Source of the DNA: Octopus sinensis
Taxonomy: Eukaryota
Direction: 5' to 3'
Assembly: GCF_006345805.1 (NCBI RefSeq)
Contig: NC_043025.1
Location: forward strand, 2,356,001 to 2,420,000
Length of the DNA stretch: 64,000 bases
The stretch's first letter is position 1. Each line of letters opens with the position of its first letter. Below, in pieces: positions 26,743 to 40,927 of the stretch. The notes under the pieces were generated by a model. That model was not told the origin of the DNA. It worked only from the letters and a program-made list of their open reading frames with translations, and made no database searches. The position numbers were made by a program, and so were the translations under genes.

Positions 26743-27449
26743 GTAAGTTGCTAAAGTTTTTTGATATTATTTTATTTACAAAATTTTTCTAGGAACTTAA
26801 TGTCTTCTCATCTTCCTTTTTCTCTCTCTATCTCTAACTAATGTTCTGCTACTATTTTCATGTAAGAGTATTATGAAGGTGTCTATGAGTGTTTGTGTGT
26901 GTATGTGCCTACATTAATGTCTAACATTTTGTGTATGAGTGTACGATTGCACGTGAATATCTATGTTTGCATTTGTGTCTATAGGTGGGTATATTATGAA
27001 ATATATATTTCTGCAGAGTTATACTCACTTAAAGAAAAGAAAGTATAGAAATATATTCATCCTCACTCTTTTGAGATACTGATTCAATAACATGAGTTAT
27101 TTTAAACTCTACAATTACATGACGTGCTGAAGTTGGTAGTCGTCATTTTCTATTTGTACAGTGAGCTACAGCTGGGGCAATTTGGCCAAACTGTGCAGTG
27201 TGATGGCTGCATATTCCGTTTCAATTTCTTTAGGAAGGATGTTAATGTAGCTAGTCGTCCACAACATAAAACAACGTTTGGTGTGTCCCTCGTACATTTG
27301 TGTCTGTGTGTATGTCTGATAATTTTACTTATGTTGATATATTTTTATTATCATTTCTATCCTCATTCCCAATTTTTTTGTTATTGTTTTGCTTGTCCAT
27401 TTTTTCTATTTTTTTGCTACTTATATTACTTTTTATTCATCACCGACTT

Positions 27450-27696
<247 letters not shown>

Positions 27697-28099
27697 AACT
27701 AACGAAATACATTATAATCGAACCAAGTGAAACCGAGTTTATTGAGCAGAGTACTTTTTGTTAATGTCAACTGATGAGAAACATCTGCAAAGAAAGATGC
27801 ACCGCGGCTAATCGACCGTTATCTCATCCGTGAGGGGCCGTTTGAAGACGGGTTGAAACGGCAGTAATGATTAATGTATCACGTAAAATCCATTTTCCAT
27901 TTCCGTAATATGTGTGTGTGTAGTGTTTTCGTGTGTGTGTGTGTGTGTGTATACGCTCAGGTGTTGGCATGGCTGTATGATAAGAATATTGCTTCTGTAT
28001 TCAGTCCTTCTGCGTGTACTCTGGTCTCCAACCGAACAAACCCGTGTATGTTAGTTAATTGGGTACACGGTAACTGAAGGAAACCCGTCGTATATATAA

Positions 28100-28877
28100 A
28101 GTTACTGAAGGAGCCATGTTTAATAAAAGTAACTTATATTATCTGAGCAATAATAAAACTTCCCCAGCTTTTCTGACACTTTTGGAATCCGGCCTGGACT
28201 CAGTTTTCCATAGGCGAGTCGAGGACCGCTTGATCTCAACAATGGTATTAAATTCGCTCTTGATCTCGACCCCTGAGCTGATTTTTCATCTTGAGGAACA
28301 GATGCAAGTCAGCAGGTGGTAAATCTGGATAATAGAGCAGGTGCAGAGGCAATAGCATGTTGTTTTTGGCAAGAAACTCACGAGTGAGGTGATAGGTGCA
28401 TTGTTGTCGAGAAAACTTCAATACTTCGCGAATCACAGAACCGGTCATTTTCCTCGAACGTCTTCCCTGAAAAATCTCCCAATGCACAATACAGAGGATG
28501 TCGGGAAAAAATGATGAACATGCTCTGGATGAAGCTGTAGATTTTCGTGCGACTGTACACTCGAAACATTAAGTACAACCCACTATCTCGCCGCCATAAG
28601 TTTGCCAAAGCATGCTCTGTCTCTCTGTAGAAGACTTCCCGATTTTAACACAAAATTACACTTTCTTCATTTCTTCCAATTTCCTCTTCATGACAAAATT
28701 GCAGATTACAGTATCACCAAATTGCAAATTCCACATCTTGCGAAGTATATAAAGCGATGTCGCTCAACAGGGTGCCTCATGAACGTCACTGATAGCTACC
28801 ACCACGCATACAATCGTATGCAGCCATCTGTTTGCGCGCTATAGAACTCGTTCGTGAAATTTGAAACGACCTTGTAC
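28100..28877 (-). mobile_element. Second copy of the mariner-type remnant
   Basis: FLAKNNMLLPLHLLYYPDLPPADLHLFLKMK; nucleotide similarity to 10820-11547. Confidence 0.8.
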
Positions 28878-28898
28878 ATGCATATATATATATGTATT

Positions 28899-28967
<69 letters not shown>

Positions 28968-29032
28968 CACTTATGGATATGTATGCATGAATTGCATACA
29001 TACATACATACATGCATAAATATATGTATATA

Positions 29033-29079
<47 letters not shown>

Positions 29080-29230
29080 AATATATATGTATAAATATAT
29101 ATATATGTATGTATAGATATATATACTAAATAAATATTCATACATGCATACATCTATCTCATATACATATATCTGCTTGTATTTGTGCATATATATATAT
29201 ATATGTAAATATATATCTCTATCTATATTA

Positions 29231-29261
<31 letters not shown>

Positions 29262-29979
29262 CTATTTATCTATCTATCTGTCGTCCACGAGACGACGATA
29301 CTTCCATTTAACCACAGGAACACATCAGTTGATTTATTCAGTTCGCTTCTCACACTCGATATTTGGTGCAATCGGGAGATAACACCTGCTTCCCTAGCTT
29401 GAAGACTCTACCCCACAGGTCTCGATTTGTACTTGATCTCCTTAGAGGTGGGTTGTCGTCGCCAGGCATGTCAGGAGTTTACTTCGATTGCAATATATAG
29501 AAAATAGTGTCACTGATTGTGTGACTAGGACACTAAAATGTTAGAAGATCTCTGTTCGTGAAAGAAGCAGTATAAGAAGCAAAAAATATTGCCCATGATC
29601 ACTTTACAGTGGCTATATATATGTGATATATATATATATATATCATGTATGTATTAATACATTATACACATCAAATTACATATTAACACATACCTATAGT
29701 TATGTACATATATGTGTGTGTGCATGTGCGTGCGTGCGTTCGTAGTGCTTTCTTCTGTGTGTATGAGAGTGTGTGTGTATGTGTGTGTGTGTGTAAGAAA
29801 AATCATATTTAGTGACGGAAATGTATGCTATTAAAATCTATTATATTGCATACAGTTTTTACATTACCATGTCGCCTTAATGAAATGCCTCACACACATG
29901 CATACACACACACGCACTCAAACTAAGCGATAAATTCATAGAGTGGAAAATTTTGCGTTGAGGAAATGAAAGACATTGG

Positions 29980-30053
<74 letters not shown>

Positions 30054-30506
30054 TACTTTGTTTCTCTCACAGATTTTGAAATTTGGTATATTGATGAATT
30101 CTTTCATAATGAATGCGATTTTTTTACCCATATATATATGTGTGTATATAGTTAATAAAAGGAAATAGAGAAGAAATATAGAGGATACCTGGCTATGTTT
30201 TTATCTCGATGAAAAGAGTAATACGTACAATATTTAAGATGTAAAGGAAGCGAATCAACAAATGACAAACATAAAGCAATCCTACAATTGTTTCCATCGT
30301 GATGTTAGGTTTCGATCATCACCGTTTCAGCGATGATAGATGTAAAATAACCCCGCATCATATGTCCGGATATCATCAGTGGCAATGTTTACTTTCTGGT
30401 GGTGAACAGCGAAATAACTAAGATGAAGATTGTATCATATATATGTATATATATATATATATGTATGTATATATATATATATATATGCGCCTGCGTGTGT
30501 GTGTGT

Positions 30507-30600
30507 AGGCGCAGGAGTAGATGTGCGCTAAGAAGTATGCCACCGAACCACATGGTTCCAGGTTAAGTCCCACTGCATGGCACCTTGGGCAAGTTTCTTT
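30507..30600 (+). mobile_element. tRNA-derived SINE head fragment
   Basis: ggcgcaggagt...ggttccaggttaagtcccactg...gcaccttgggcaagt; reverse-complement similarity to 37330-37420 and 59845-59900. Confidence 0.6.
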
Positions 30601-30715
30601 TGTATGTTTTGTAGTATTTAAAACAATTTACATTTTTGGAATAACTGAACGTCACGCATCCCGACTTTTGGTAACAGTAAGTTTGCATATACCTACATAT
30701 GTAAATATAGGTATA

Positions 30716-33700
30716 CTAGCAGTTAAGCCCGATTTCACCCGGTCTGTTTGGATGATGTGGGTGTGATCGTTTTCGGCTTGGCATAATCTATAACAGCGTT
30801 TCTCAACCTTATCATTTCGGGTACCCCGTTTCGATTGGAGCCTCCAGCTATATGAAAATTTCTTTCCATCACAAACCCGCCCGCTGTAAGAAAACAGCTT
30901 CAGGAGATGTGAAGAAAGAATTTGTACGTAGTCTGTTTCTGAGAGCTATTGCATTGGACCACTGTCTAATCATTAAAACATTTATTTAATTATGAAGATA
31001 GAAAGAAATTATACATTAATCGCTATTTTTGTAAGCAGTTGTATCCATAAAAATTTTCTTTTCAGAGAGCAGAAATTGAAAGATATGTGAAATGAACATG
31101 TGTGCGTGTGTGTGCGTACTTACGCATGTGTATGTGAGAGGGAAAGAGAGATAGGGTGAATGAGTTAAGGTGTGTGTCATTGAGTTACGTTGGCTGGCAC
31201 GGTGACTACGAAGCTTTTGAGGCGGCAGATGACTGGGGTGATTTGAAAGATGTGAAGAAATGCCATCTTTTCAGTGGAGCGCTTCTTTGTAGGCAACATT
31301 TCTCGATTTCCCTTCTGATGCACAAATGTCTAGACTTTGTTTGCTGCCAACATGGGAGCATCAAACAGAGAGTTCACCGTGGGAGAATACTTGTTCTGTG
31401 AGATATAAACCAACCATTTGCAATGATTGACCCTCTGTCTTATTTATTGTCATTGCAAAAGAGAGATTGATAGGAAATTGAAGCCGCTTAAATTTGTAGA
31501 TCGTATCGAAGGGAGTGTGGGACATTGGGGTTATAAGAACACCTTGACCAGTGGCTGGTCCATTCAAGATGTTTGCCTGCAGAACTCGGGAGTATATATT
31601 TTTTATTATCATCCGCGTGCCGTTACACATTATTTGAGCATCCAAATTTCGCGGCAGCATGATGGGGTGCCAACCTTGAGATGGAGTTCCTGAGATGGAA
31701 GTCCTGTGGGCGTTTGGGAATTAAGAAATTCCGTTGTGAAAACGGATATATCCTCCGGGTTTTCATGCGTGTCAATGGACTTGAAAGAGAGTTTTTCTCC
31801 AGGAAGCAGATCAAAAACTTTATTATTGATAGCGTCGACTGTTTTATTGTGAGGCGCCAAAATTGCTATTCCTTGTAGGCAAGTTTTGTGAAGGATTTGG
31901 CTTGCAATGTCAGGAAAAACTGCAGAAATCAAATCATCTACGTTAGGCACGAAGTTACTAAATGGTAAATGGATGAAACCATCAGTATCGCCAGCTACAG
32001 TTCCATTACTAACATCGAGAAGCTGCGCCGAGAATGTGGCCGCATTTTCGTCGCCAAACATTTGAACTCTCATGTTCGTAGTCAGGTGAAGTTTCTCGTT
32101 GTGGTGCCATAAGTAGGATGATTTTATGGAAGCATTTACCTCGTCAGCTCTTGTCCGCCGTGGAATGACAGGTAGAGTTTGTCGGAAGTTGCCAGCAAGC
32201 AGAACAATCACTCCACCCATCACTCTCATATTCCGTCTCAGGTCTTGAAGAAACCGCTCGAGCGCCTCAAATACTGCCTTATAACACATGGCTTCCTCAT
32301 CCCAAATGATAAGGCTGCACTCAGTGAGAAGATTCCCCATGGGTGAGCCGCGACTAACATTGCAAGTTGGATTTCCCTGTTTGGTCAAGTCTAGTGGTAA
32401 TTTGAATGCTGAGTGTGCCGTACGACCGTCATGAAGTAGAGTTGCTGCGATGCCGCTGGATGCAACCGCTATGGCAATCCCATTTTCCTGACGAATTTTG
32501 GCTAGTAGGAGGTTCATGAGAAAAGTTTTTTCCGGTTCTGCCGGGAGCATCCAAGAAAAATGTTGTCCTTCGTTGGAATTAATACTTGCGAGGAACCTGT
32601 TGTATTCAATTCTCTGTACTTCCAAAAGTCTAGGCACATCCTGAGCAACCTGCGCCACCATTTCCTGCGTGTTGTAGCTCAACTCTCACATGTACTCAGC
32701 TGCTAAAGCATTTGGAATGTCCCGCGGAAACGGCAGACTGAAATCTGAGGACGCCAACTCCTCCCATAGCTTGCAGTCGCGATTGGAAATCGAGGAGGGC
32801 TGTGTTGTAGATGACGTTATTGAAGTCGAATCCAGCCGTTGGATCTTCGCCTTAAAGTCGTCGGAGATAATCTTCGGAAAAACTATCTTTAAATGTGTCC
32901 CAGAAATGAAGAGGGTTAGACATTACTGAATAGCAAGATGAGACAAAATATTCGGCGCATTGCTTCTGGTGTCCTGCATTCAGAGGCCTCTTGCAATGCC
33001 GTGTTCCAGAGACCCTCATCCTCGAGTAGTCACCGTCGCAAGCAAGCGTCCCTGTAAGTGCAACACATTTGTCCTTCGAATGATCTGACGTGGGCAAATG
33101 ATGTTGGGTCTTTCATATGAAACAGAATCATCCGCAAAAAAGCACTCCTGATCCTTTGGGTGTACAGTGTGGACACGACCGATCATGTTTCCATTGTAGA
33201 TTACCTCGCCGACCTCATTGTCGATTCGCACACCCTGCCGCCGCCTTTCACATTTTTTGTTAGTCCAAGTGAAGTAAACACGTTGCCTATTTTCTAAGTG
33301 TACATCTAGGCCAAAAACAGATGCAGAGGACTGGTGAATATCCAAACCTAAAATGCGCCATGCCGCCATATTAGACGAAATATTGAAGGATTTCATCGTT
33401 GGCTGTCTCTTCATCCTGCTCACCCAAAGCAGCCATGTCGCTGCCCTTGTTTACATGTTTGCATATGTACTTGATGCCTTTAATCGAGGTGCAAGATTCA
33501 ACGTTGATGTGGGCGTTGAAGTTTTTAAGGGAGAAAGGGCTGTAGGGAACAACCATAATGTTGTTGATGGCAATGTCTTAGCTCTTTATCCTTTTTGCGC
33601 CGAAATTCCTCCAAAGTCAGCGGCACGTCGTCAGTAAATTGGGTAGCCATCAATACGAGTACATATAGCCCTGTTGAAAGCCCTGGGATGGTTATTTGAA

Positions 33701-34640
33701 CATCTATTTTTTTCATTACACGGAGAATTAGTATTCAAGACACCACAGCGCCCGTGTGTCATATGCGCCGACACTATTTGGAATACCTGCAAGTTGACAT
33801 TAGGGTCAGGCAGCTCTACACATATAATCTTATCTATGTCAGCAAGTCTGATTCTTTCTTGACAACAAATCAGTATATGGGCGTGTGGAAGACCCCGCTT
33901 TTGCCATTCTACTGTGTACATGCACGCGTTAAGTTTTCTGTAGACAGCATCATGTTTCAATAGCCACATAAATTTCTGCAATTTTCCATGGAAAACTCTG
34001 GCCACTAAGTCGTGTCTGTCGCATGCAGCCTGGCCCTCGAATAAGTTTTCCGTTATCTCCCTCCAAGTTGAGTTGCACGTAAAGGTGATGAAGAGGTCAG
34101 GTTCGCTAAACTTACGGACATATGTCATGGCATCCTGTGTCCACTGATGCATGTACCGTCGAGACCCGGTATGGCTGGAAGGACGTATCACCGGAAGGCC
34201 AATATTTCTTGCATTAACATAGAGCTGGACATGAACGGTAAGATATCGATCCACACGCAATCTGTTTTGATTTTAACGAATACAAAGAAGCCTTTCACCT
34301 TCAACCTTGGCAAACATGTCAACCAAGAATTGATTTGTGACTTCCTTGTACCGTAGTAGTTGGTTGAACTGACCTTCTCTGACCATAAGACGGAAGGCAT
34401 AGAATTCCTTGCAGGAAACAGCCTTGGTTAATTCAGCACCCGTGATTGGATCAACATGGCGTTGGTGAAAGCTGTTGCCATCCTCTCCAAAGGGGAAACA
34501 GTAGGGGGTACTGCAGGCAGTCGTATGACCGATAGGTTTCCGAAACAAAGGACAGTCGGCTTCCACCCATGACAAAAACTTAAGGAGAACCTCAAATACG
34601 CCAACTTTTCGACCAACCACAACGCCAGGTCTCCTAAACT
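30716..34640 (-). mobile_element. Helitron with degenerate Rep (HUH) and Pif1 helicase; 3' hairpin and CTAG end at 30716
   Basis: YTVEWQKRGLPHAHILI, PDLFITFTCN, VASSGIAATLL.DGRTAHS, GNFRQTLPV, FAMTINK..GQSL. The minus-strand end is ccgggtgaaatcgggcttaactgCTAG|T. Confidence 0.95.
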
Positions 34641-35460
34641 CTGTCGTAGTTATCGTATCCAAACGGGTTTCATCACTGCCCGCATTAAGGAAATATTTGA
34701 AATGAACGGGATAGCATAATATTTACTTCTCGACACAAATTATGCAATTCATATTCTAAGTCCAAATAGCAACAATACCCCACCCACCCCTGTGTCATCC
34801 CCTAACTAACTCCCTTGCACCCCAACTGATATCCTGCTCCATATATCGATGCAGTAAACAACTGTTTATCTACCTTTACATTTCCTAAACATTTTATTGT
34901 TTCATTTTTTAATTCCCAACCTGTTTTCCTTATCATTTATACGTCATAACTTTTCTTAACTCTTCTCTCTCTATACACATCCCTCAGTATATGATAATAT
35001 ACAAGGACCCAGGCACTCGTGCACAGCTACTAGATTCTACAGACGCACACCATATACGCGCGTGTGAACTAATACGGACTCACATAATAATCTCAGATGA
35101 AAGCTACTACTACTACTATCTCCCACTTCACTCGCTGTCCTTAGATTTTAAAGCCAAAATAGTTCTACCAACTCGACGAGCAAATCGTGGTCTACTATTT
35201 TACAACGTAAATACACTATCTTCCGCCTTCCTCTCCTTCAAACACCACTCTATCCACTTCAAATACTACACCTATATCTTCATCCTATAATTCTGTTTTA
35301 AATGGCTATATATAATGCTACAATATGTTTACTTATCTATCCTACAACGGACCCGTGAATGACCCCGGAATACGTGCATAAAGCCACTCGCCAGCCAATT
35401 TCCATATCAAACCTTGTCTTCGTACACTCCTTAATCAGTAACAAACGTTCTCATTCTTAT
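34640..35460 (+). mobile_element. Penelope-like remnant (same family as 59900-61320) interrupting the Helitron
   Basis: 34651-34700 matches 60844-60895 (tatcgtatc.aaacgg.tttcatcactg.ccgc). Confidence 0.55.
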
Positions 35461-35849
35461 ACATAGGATTTCTTCTATTTTATTTGCATTTTCCTTCTGC
35501 TCAACTGTTTTCCTCCCGAACTGTCCTTTCTTTGCATTTTGATCAAATTCCCAACAAGTTTACACGGGGATTCTAACGAGAATGTAAACTTCACAAAATC
35601 AAGATATCCTTTGACTGAAGAGTAGCTTGTGGTATACCCCATGTTAGGAATAATATGCTACTTTCGTGGTTCTCTTAGCTATGAAGCTTATGTAGCCTGT
35701 ATTGTGTCTACGCTATTCCCTACACACACATACGCATATATCTATATACTCTAGATAAATATCCCTTCGTTGCCGAGCGAATCCCACAACAGAATATTTT
35801 GGTACATTTTGGGTACAGCATTCCCACATAAGATACCTTTTCTACGTTC

Positions 35850-36990
35850 TGGTGAGGATTTTCCATTTTTTTTCACCTCAACGTTGCAGATGATGGCAGG
35901 AAGCTCTTTAAAAATTGTTTTAATGTGTGTTGATTTTATTCACATCCCCTATCCCAATCGGTACCGATTTGGCCAATGCTTTTGAACGACGCATTTAAAA
36001 AAGTTTTTAATGAAAAATTTGGGAATTCAGTGACCACCATTATAATCCATACTTTCTTTCTTTTCAAACGAAGTGAAACGTAATTTGAGAACAATGGCGA
36101 CATCTTAAATAGTTTGTTCAATGTCCTCGCTTTTTCCTATACTGATGTTATTTTTCTGCAGCTTTTGCATTTTTTGTCCGATTCTGATGAAAATCGATGA
36201 GTGATCGAGGTTGACGGCAGTAAGTTGATCTCAGTATATGACGTTGAAAAAATCGCTAATTGCGCCAGAGAAGTGGTTTTCTAAAATCAATAGGTGTTTA
36301 GAGTGCAAATACCAGTAGGGGCTTTATTTTTGGCCGTAAATTTCATGTTTTTTTCCGATTTTAATAAAATTTAAGATATAGCAAAATGTTTGGTGGGAGA
36401 GATGGAAAAGGTATTTATTTAATTCAAAATGGCTTGAAGTAGACATAAATGCAAATAAGCATTTTCTTAGACACATTCTTATCGATTTTGTAGAAATTTT
36501 ATACGTGATTATAGCTCATGTGTATTAGTTGATGCCAGCATGAAGTGTTGACAAAGAATCGATAACTGCATGTGAGCGGGAGATTTTAGGAAATCAATAG
36601 GCTTTTTGCATGCAATCACCCATAGGATTAATATTTCATACAGTACCTTTTACAGAATTCAACCGATTTTCATGAACTTTGACTTCTAGGCAAAGTTTAA
36701 TGTCGGAGACATGTAAAATATTTAAATATAAACAAGCGAGAAGCAAAAATCCTCAAATCATTCACAATAAAATAATGAACTGATTTTGAAGAAAATTTTA
36801 ACCGTGAGCAAAATAAAGCACTTCGACGTATGAAACATCCGTTATTCATATAATGTACTGAGATTTAAATGTCAATGGGATATTTTCGTGTAAATGGTCA
36901 CATGGATTCTGTTTTATGATATAACCTTACCATTTTTCTTCGGATTTTGCTGAGATTGGACACACTGATCAATTTTATAAAGAGAGTGAC
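35850..36990. repeat. Non-coding interspersed repeat with recurring CCGATTTT..GAAATTT motifs (probable Helitron-associated sequence); second copy at 63300-64000
   Basis: 35870-36575 aligns with 63320-64000. Confidence 0.75.
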
Positions 36991-37014
36991 ATTAAGGGGA
37001 GAGAGATAAAGAAA

Positions 37015-37203
37015 CATCTATCAAATCGACCCCAGGACTTACTCTTTGTAAGCCTAGTACTTATTCTATCGGTTTCTTTTGCCGGACCGCCAAGTTACGT
37101 GAACGTACACTCACCAGCATTGGTTGTCAAGGGATGTTGGGGAGACAAACAAAGACACACAAACATACACACACACACACACACGCAGACACACACACAC
37201 ACT

Positions 37204-37237
<34 letters not shown>

Positions 37238-37418
37238 CATATATATACACTTATATACGACGGGCTTCTTTCAGTTTCCGTCTACCAAATCTACTCACAA
37301 GTCTTTGGTTGGCCAGAGGCTATAGCAGAAGACACTTACCTAAGGTTCCATACAGTGGGACGGAACCCGGAATAATGTGGTTCGTAAGCAAGCTACTTAC
37401 CACACAGCCATTCCTACG

Positions 37419-37420
<2 letters not shown>
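37015..37420 (-). mobile_element. tRNA-derived SINE with internal (CA)/(TA) microsatellite
   Basis: Near-identical organisation to 59460-59900 plus 63259-63293. Confidence 0.8.
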
Positions 37421-37485
<65 letters not shown>

Positions 37486-38271
37486 GTTGAGAGAGACAAA
37501 AAGAGAGAGAAGAAATAAATAATTATGCAATTAAAAGTTATGCAGACGGTTTAAAGTGCGGATAATAAAGAGATGCGCTCAAACTGTCAAATTCTTAAAA
37601 TACGTAAATGAAGAATGCGAAAAAGTGTTGTATGAGCAACTTAAGAAATTTTATTTGTAATAGAATGTCATAAGTGAAATTTACGCCATCACAAACAATA
37701 AACACATATCAATTATTAGTCCTAAAGAATTATGCAAGTTCAGGTGAAGTTTCTGCAGATGAATATGTCTCGATTCACCTGAAAACTTATGTAATTTTTA
37801 AGTGTTTTTAAAAGATTTCACGTCTGGAGAGATGGAGCAGCATAAACAGAGTAATTATTTAATACATTAGCAGCACCCGTAGCAATTCCGCGGCAAATGC
37901 GAAAGTTTTTAGATGGTTGTAAGTTTATGTGGAGACATAAAAATTAGCGCTCCTTTATAAATTGTATATTCTACATAATTGTCGTTTTAAAACAACTTCA
38001 GTCCTTCTGGATAAGACCCTCTGCTTCTCTTGGTGCCATTGCCCATTTGGTTTCATTCTTTTTGTTGTTCACTTACATCGTCTCTCATCTTTGGTTTATA
38101 AACAAATAACATTTTTCAAGCGAGCAGACGATTGCGCTTATGCGCATGCTTTAAGTAATAGGTGGTATTAAAAAAATATATCAATTAAAAACATTACACT
38201 CTTCATACACACTCACCAACGCAACCTCCAACACCACCACCACTAACACCACCAACACATTCATCATCATC

Positions 38272-38308
<37 letters not shown>

Positions 38309-38599
38309 CTTTAATCTCACCATCAGAAGATCGATCCTCTGCTACAATTCTGTTTCTCACTCTCCTCTATATCACTCCCTTCAACTAAGACTTTTAACCT
38401 CGTAATAACTATTACGTTCCCCCTACCACACGTCATAGACGCTTCTCTTACCCTCTTTTTCTCTCCCTCTTTTTTTTTCTGCCTGTTTTTCTCTCGCTCT
38501 TCACCTTACCCGCTTTTTCCCTCTACTCCATCTTTTCTCTCGCTCTTCGCATCACAGCATTAATCACTTCAAGTTTTAATCAAATATTCAAATACTAAA

Positions 38600-40927
38600 G
38601 TGGATCGATTCATTCGATCAGTCCCATTTGTCAACAAATTTGGAACGTTTTCACCATTTGAGAAATCCTAATGTAAAGCAAATAGCAATGTTTTTTTAAT
38701 GTTATTCTTTAAACCTCGTAAATCTGAAGATGTGGAATAGCAAAGTCAATGTTCTGTTTGATAAGTTAGGTATTTTCATCTTTCATAATTTAAGCGCGAA
38801 TTGAATGAAATCTGAGATAGATACCATGGACGTTCCGTTTAAGCTGCTACAGGCCAACATTTACTGGAATGATGAAGGGGTTGAAGTGTTTAGCACAGTG
38901 GTTCATACTGAAAACGAACTGAGGTTTAAGATCGAGGAGCAAAGGAATAGACGAGTGAGTCGGTAGTACCTGCTTGGTGGGGTCAAGAGCTCAGCCAACT
39001 CCTACAAGAATCTGTAGCATGACAGTGACAGTGGCAAAACAAAGAGAAGAGATATCCTGCCTGCGAGATAGCTGTTAGAGTATGTCTGTTAGGGATAGAG
39101 TAAAATTTAGCCACGTCACCCTTCTTTCGATGCAATCCCGGATGTGTATCACCGTTCCAGATGTAAATGGTCTGAAGTTTTGGCTGCAAAGAGAAGGATT
39201 GGACTTTAAAATACCGTACTAGCTATGCAAAGGATCTACTTTCGCCAAGAAAGATCTTCACTGCTAATAATGCTCAGCGAAGGTTACGTTTTCAAGTAAG
39301 ATTGTGAGGGACACTTGTCTAATCTTCAGCCCATTACAAATGGCCGTGTTTCAACACCATGTCCACGGCTATGCTGTATACTTTCTCTGTCTCTAATGGC
39401 CTATTTCAATGGTAGTCTTAAACCACATCTCTGTTCAAAACCACCACCTAGTAATTTTAAGTGCCTTCAGTGAAGTCCATATTGTCTTAAACATTCTTCA
39501 GTTGAAGAATACCATCTTTTCTCCTTCCCTCTAGACTTGGTCATCCTGTGAATCGGTTTCAAGCCTGCTTTACTCCTATTCGAAAGAAAATATGAAATCT
39601 GTCAGAATTCAACGGTATGAAAATATAAATCCCCGTTCTTGGTGTATAAACAATTTGAACTTTATTCAAGACAATAATTTGGAAATATCGTCAGGCGAAG
39701 GAAAGAACTGGAGACGAACTGGGAGTCTTTTGACACACAGAATCCGAAAAGGACATCAATTTAATACGATCACATCAGAATTGTAAGATACTGGATCCAG
39801 AGAATGTCTTTGTTTTGTTTTCGAATAAACCAGCTTATGAAGAACGTACTAATATACATAGAAATTGCATTGTCTTCAAAGCTAGGATTTTTTGAACTTC
39901 TACTGAAAAGCTAGCAAATATCTCTACAGACAGTTTACATTATTGTTCATGCCTATTTTTTCATGAATTTGTGTTTGAATGGTTTTCTTCAGTGCTGAAC
40001 CTCAATAGCCCAGCATCGTATTTAATTGCAATCTGCCTTGATAAGAAGTGGATGTTGGATGATTTTCTCCGGCTGAACTAAAATCTGTTCATTCACATTA
40101 AAATACCCTGGGACTAATGCTCGCTGCGGCCATTATTTCATTACCTGATGTTTACACCAGACCTTTAATAAAATAATCGATAAACCATAATAGACATTCG
40201 TACTACATTTCCCAATATATTTCCCTGAAATATGAGGAAAATAGTGAAAATTGAGGGTTTGGGTATCTTGAAATCTAGACGTAATCCTAAAAAATGGATT
40301 CCACATTTGAATTCAGCAAAATTATTTAATAGAGAGGTACTCTTCTATAGCTTGTTGTTGTATATGAGTATACTGTCCGCGATAGAATGGGTAACAGCCT
40401 CTAAATATAGGGTTAGGGTTTGGGTTTGGGTATGCTTAATATGGATAAAACATTGCACTGGACAAAACACGGATTGCACTTTGGCAAGGCATAGCACCCA
40501 TACTTCATTCAATTTACGCATAGAGTTGAAGCCATAGGAAACAATATGACAGGCGTAGTCTTAGTTTGAACCTCATTCATTCACCAACGGTAACATCGAC
40601 ATGATGCTTGACAGAGGAACCCCTGTCATGTCAGTGGACAGAACCGCCATGTTTCCAAACAGTATTACTACTGACGTCTTCGGACCTATCAAACGTAGGT
40701 GTTATTAAGCTACCGAATTGCGTAAATGACTTATACTAAAACCAGTTCTTCATCTCGCATCGATTATCGTTTGGATAACCAAGAGGCACATTAAAATGTG
40801 GAACCTCTCACGGTGCAGCTTTCGAAAAATAATCTACAGACCTCAGCTGAAATCTCATCTGAAAGGGAGTGTCTCCAGGACCCCTGTTACAGTCCCCTTC
40901 AACTCCTTCATCTTGAGGAACAAATAA
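38600..40927 (+). pseudogene. Candidate endogenous viral element: decayed orthomyxovirus-like polymerase acidic (PA/P3) subunit gene
   Basis: Manual translation gives colinear PA-like motifs: (V)DRFIRS at 38600; RDILPAR*LLEYVC (39048-39089); IPDVYHRSRCKWSEVLAAKR (39135-39194); NHNRHSYYISQYISLKY..GYLEI (40183-40275); KHGLHFGKA*HPYFIQFTHRVEA (40465-40533); NVEPLT (~40795); ECLQDP (40867) then FNSFILRNK* (stop 40925-40927). Many stops and frameshifts. Confidence 0.7.

Noticed and set aside
27124-27400. Conserved ORF MLKLVVVIFYL.SELQLGQFGQTVQCDG (also at 55527) as a secreted peptide
   Set aside because: It starts at GTG, runs into microsatellite, and its conservation is explained by the recent block duplication.
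27820-27870. TTGAAGA..GAAACGG motif (also at ~56060-56087) as a hammerhead
   Set aside because: The core is mutated and stem II is too short to fold; at most a decayed remnant.
37847-37924. Possible extra LRR exon ending at gtaagt (37919)
   Set aside because: No AG acceptor at the 72-bp position, an in-frame stop, and no LRR consensus.
38922-38951. RFKIEEQRNR as the counterpart of influenza PA RFEIIEGRDR
   Set aside because: It is tempting, but the spacing to the PD motif fits the downstream RDILPAR*LLEYVC block better, so it was not used as evidence.
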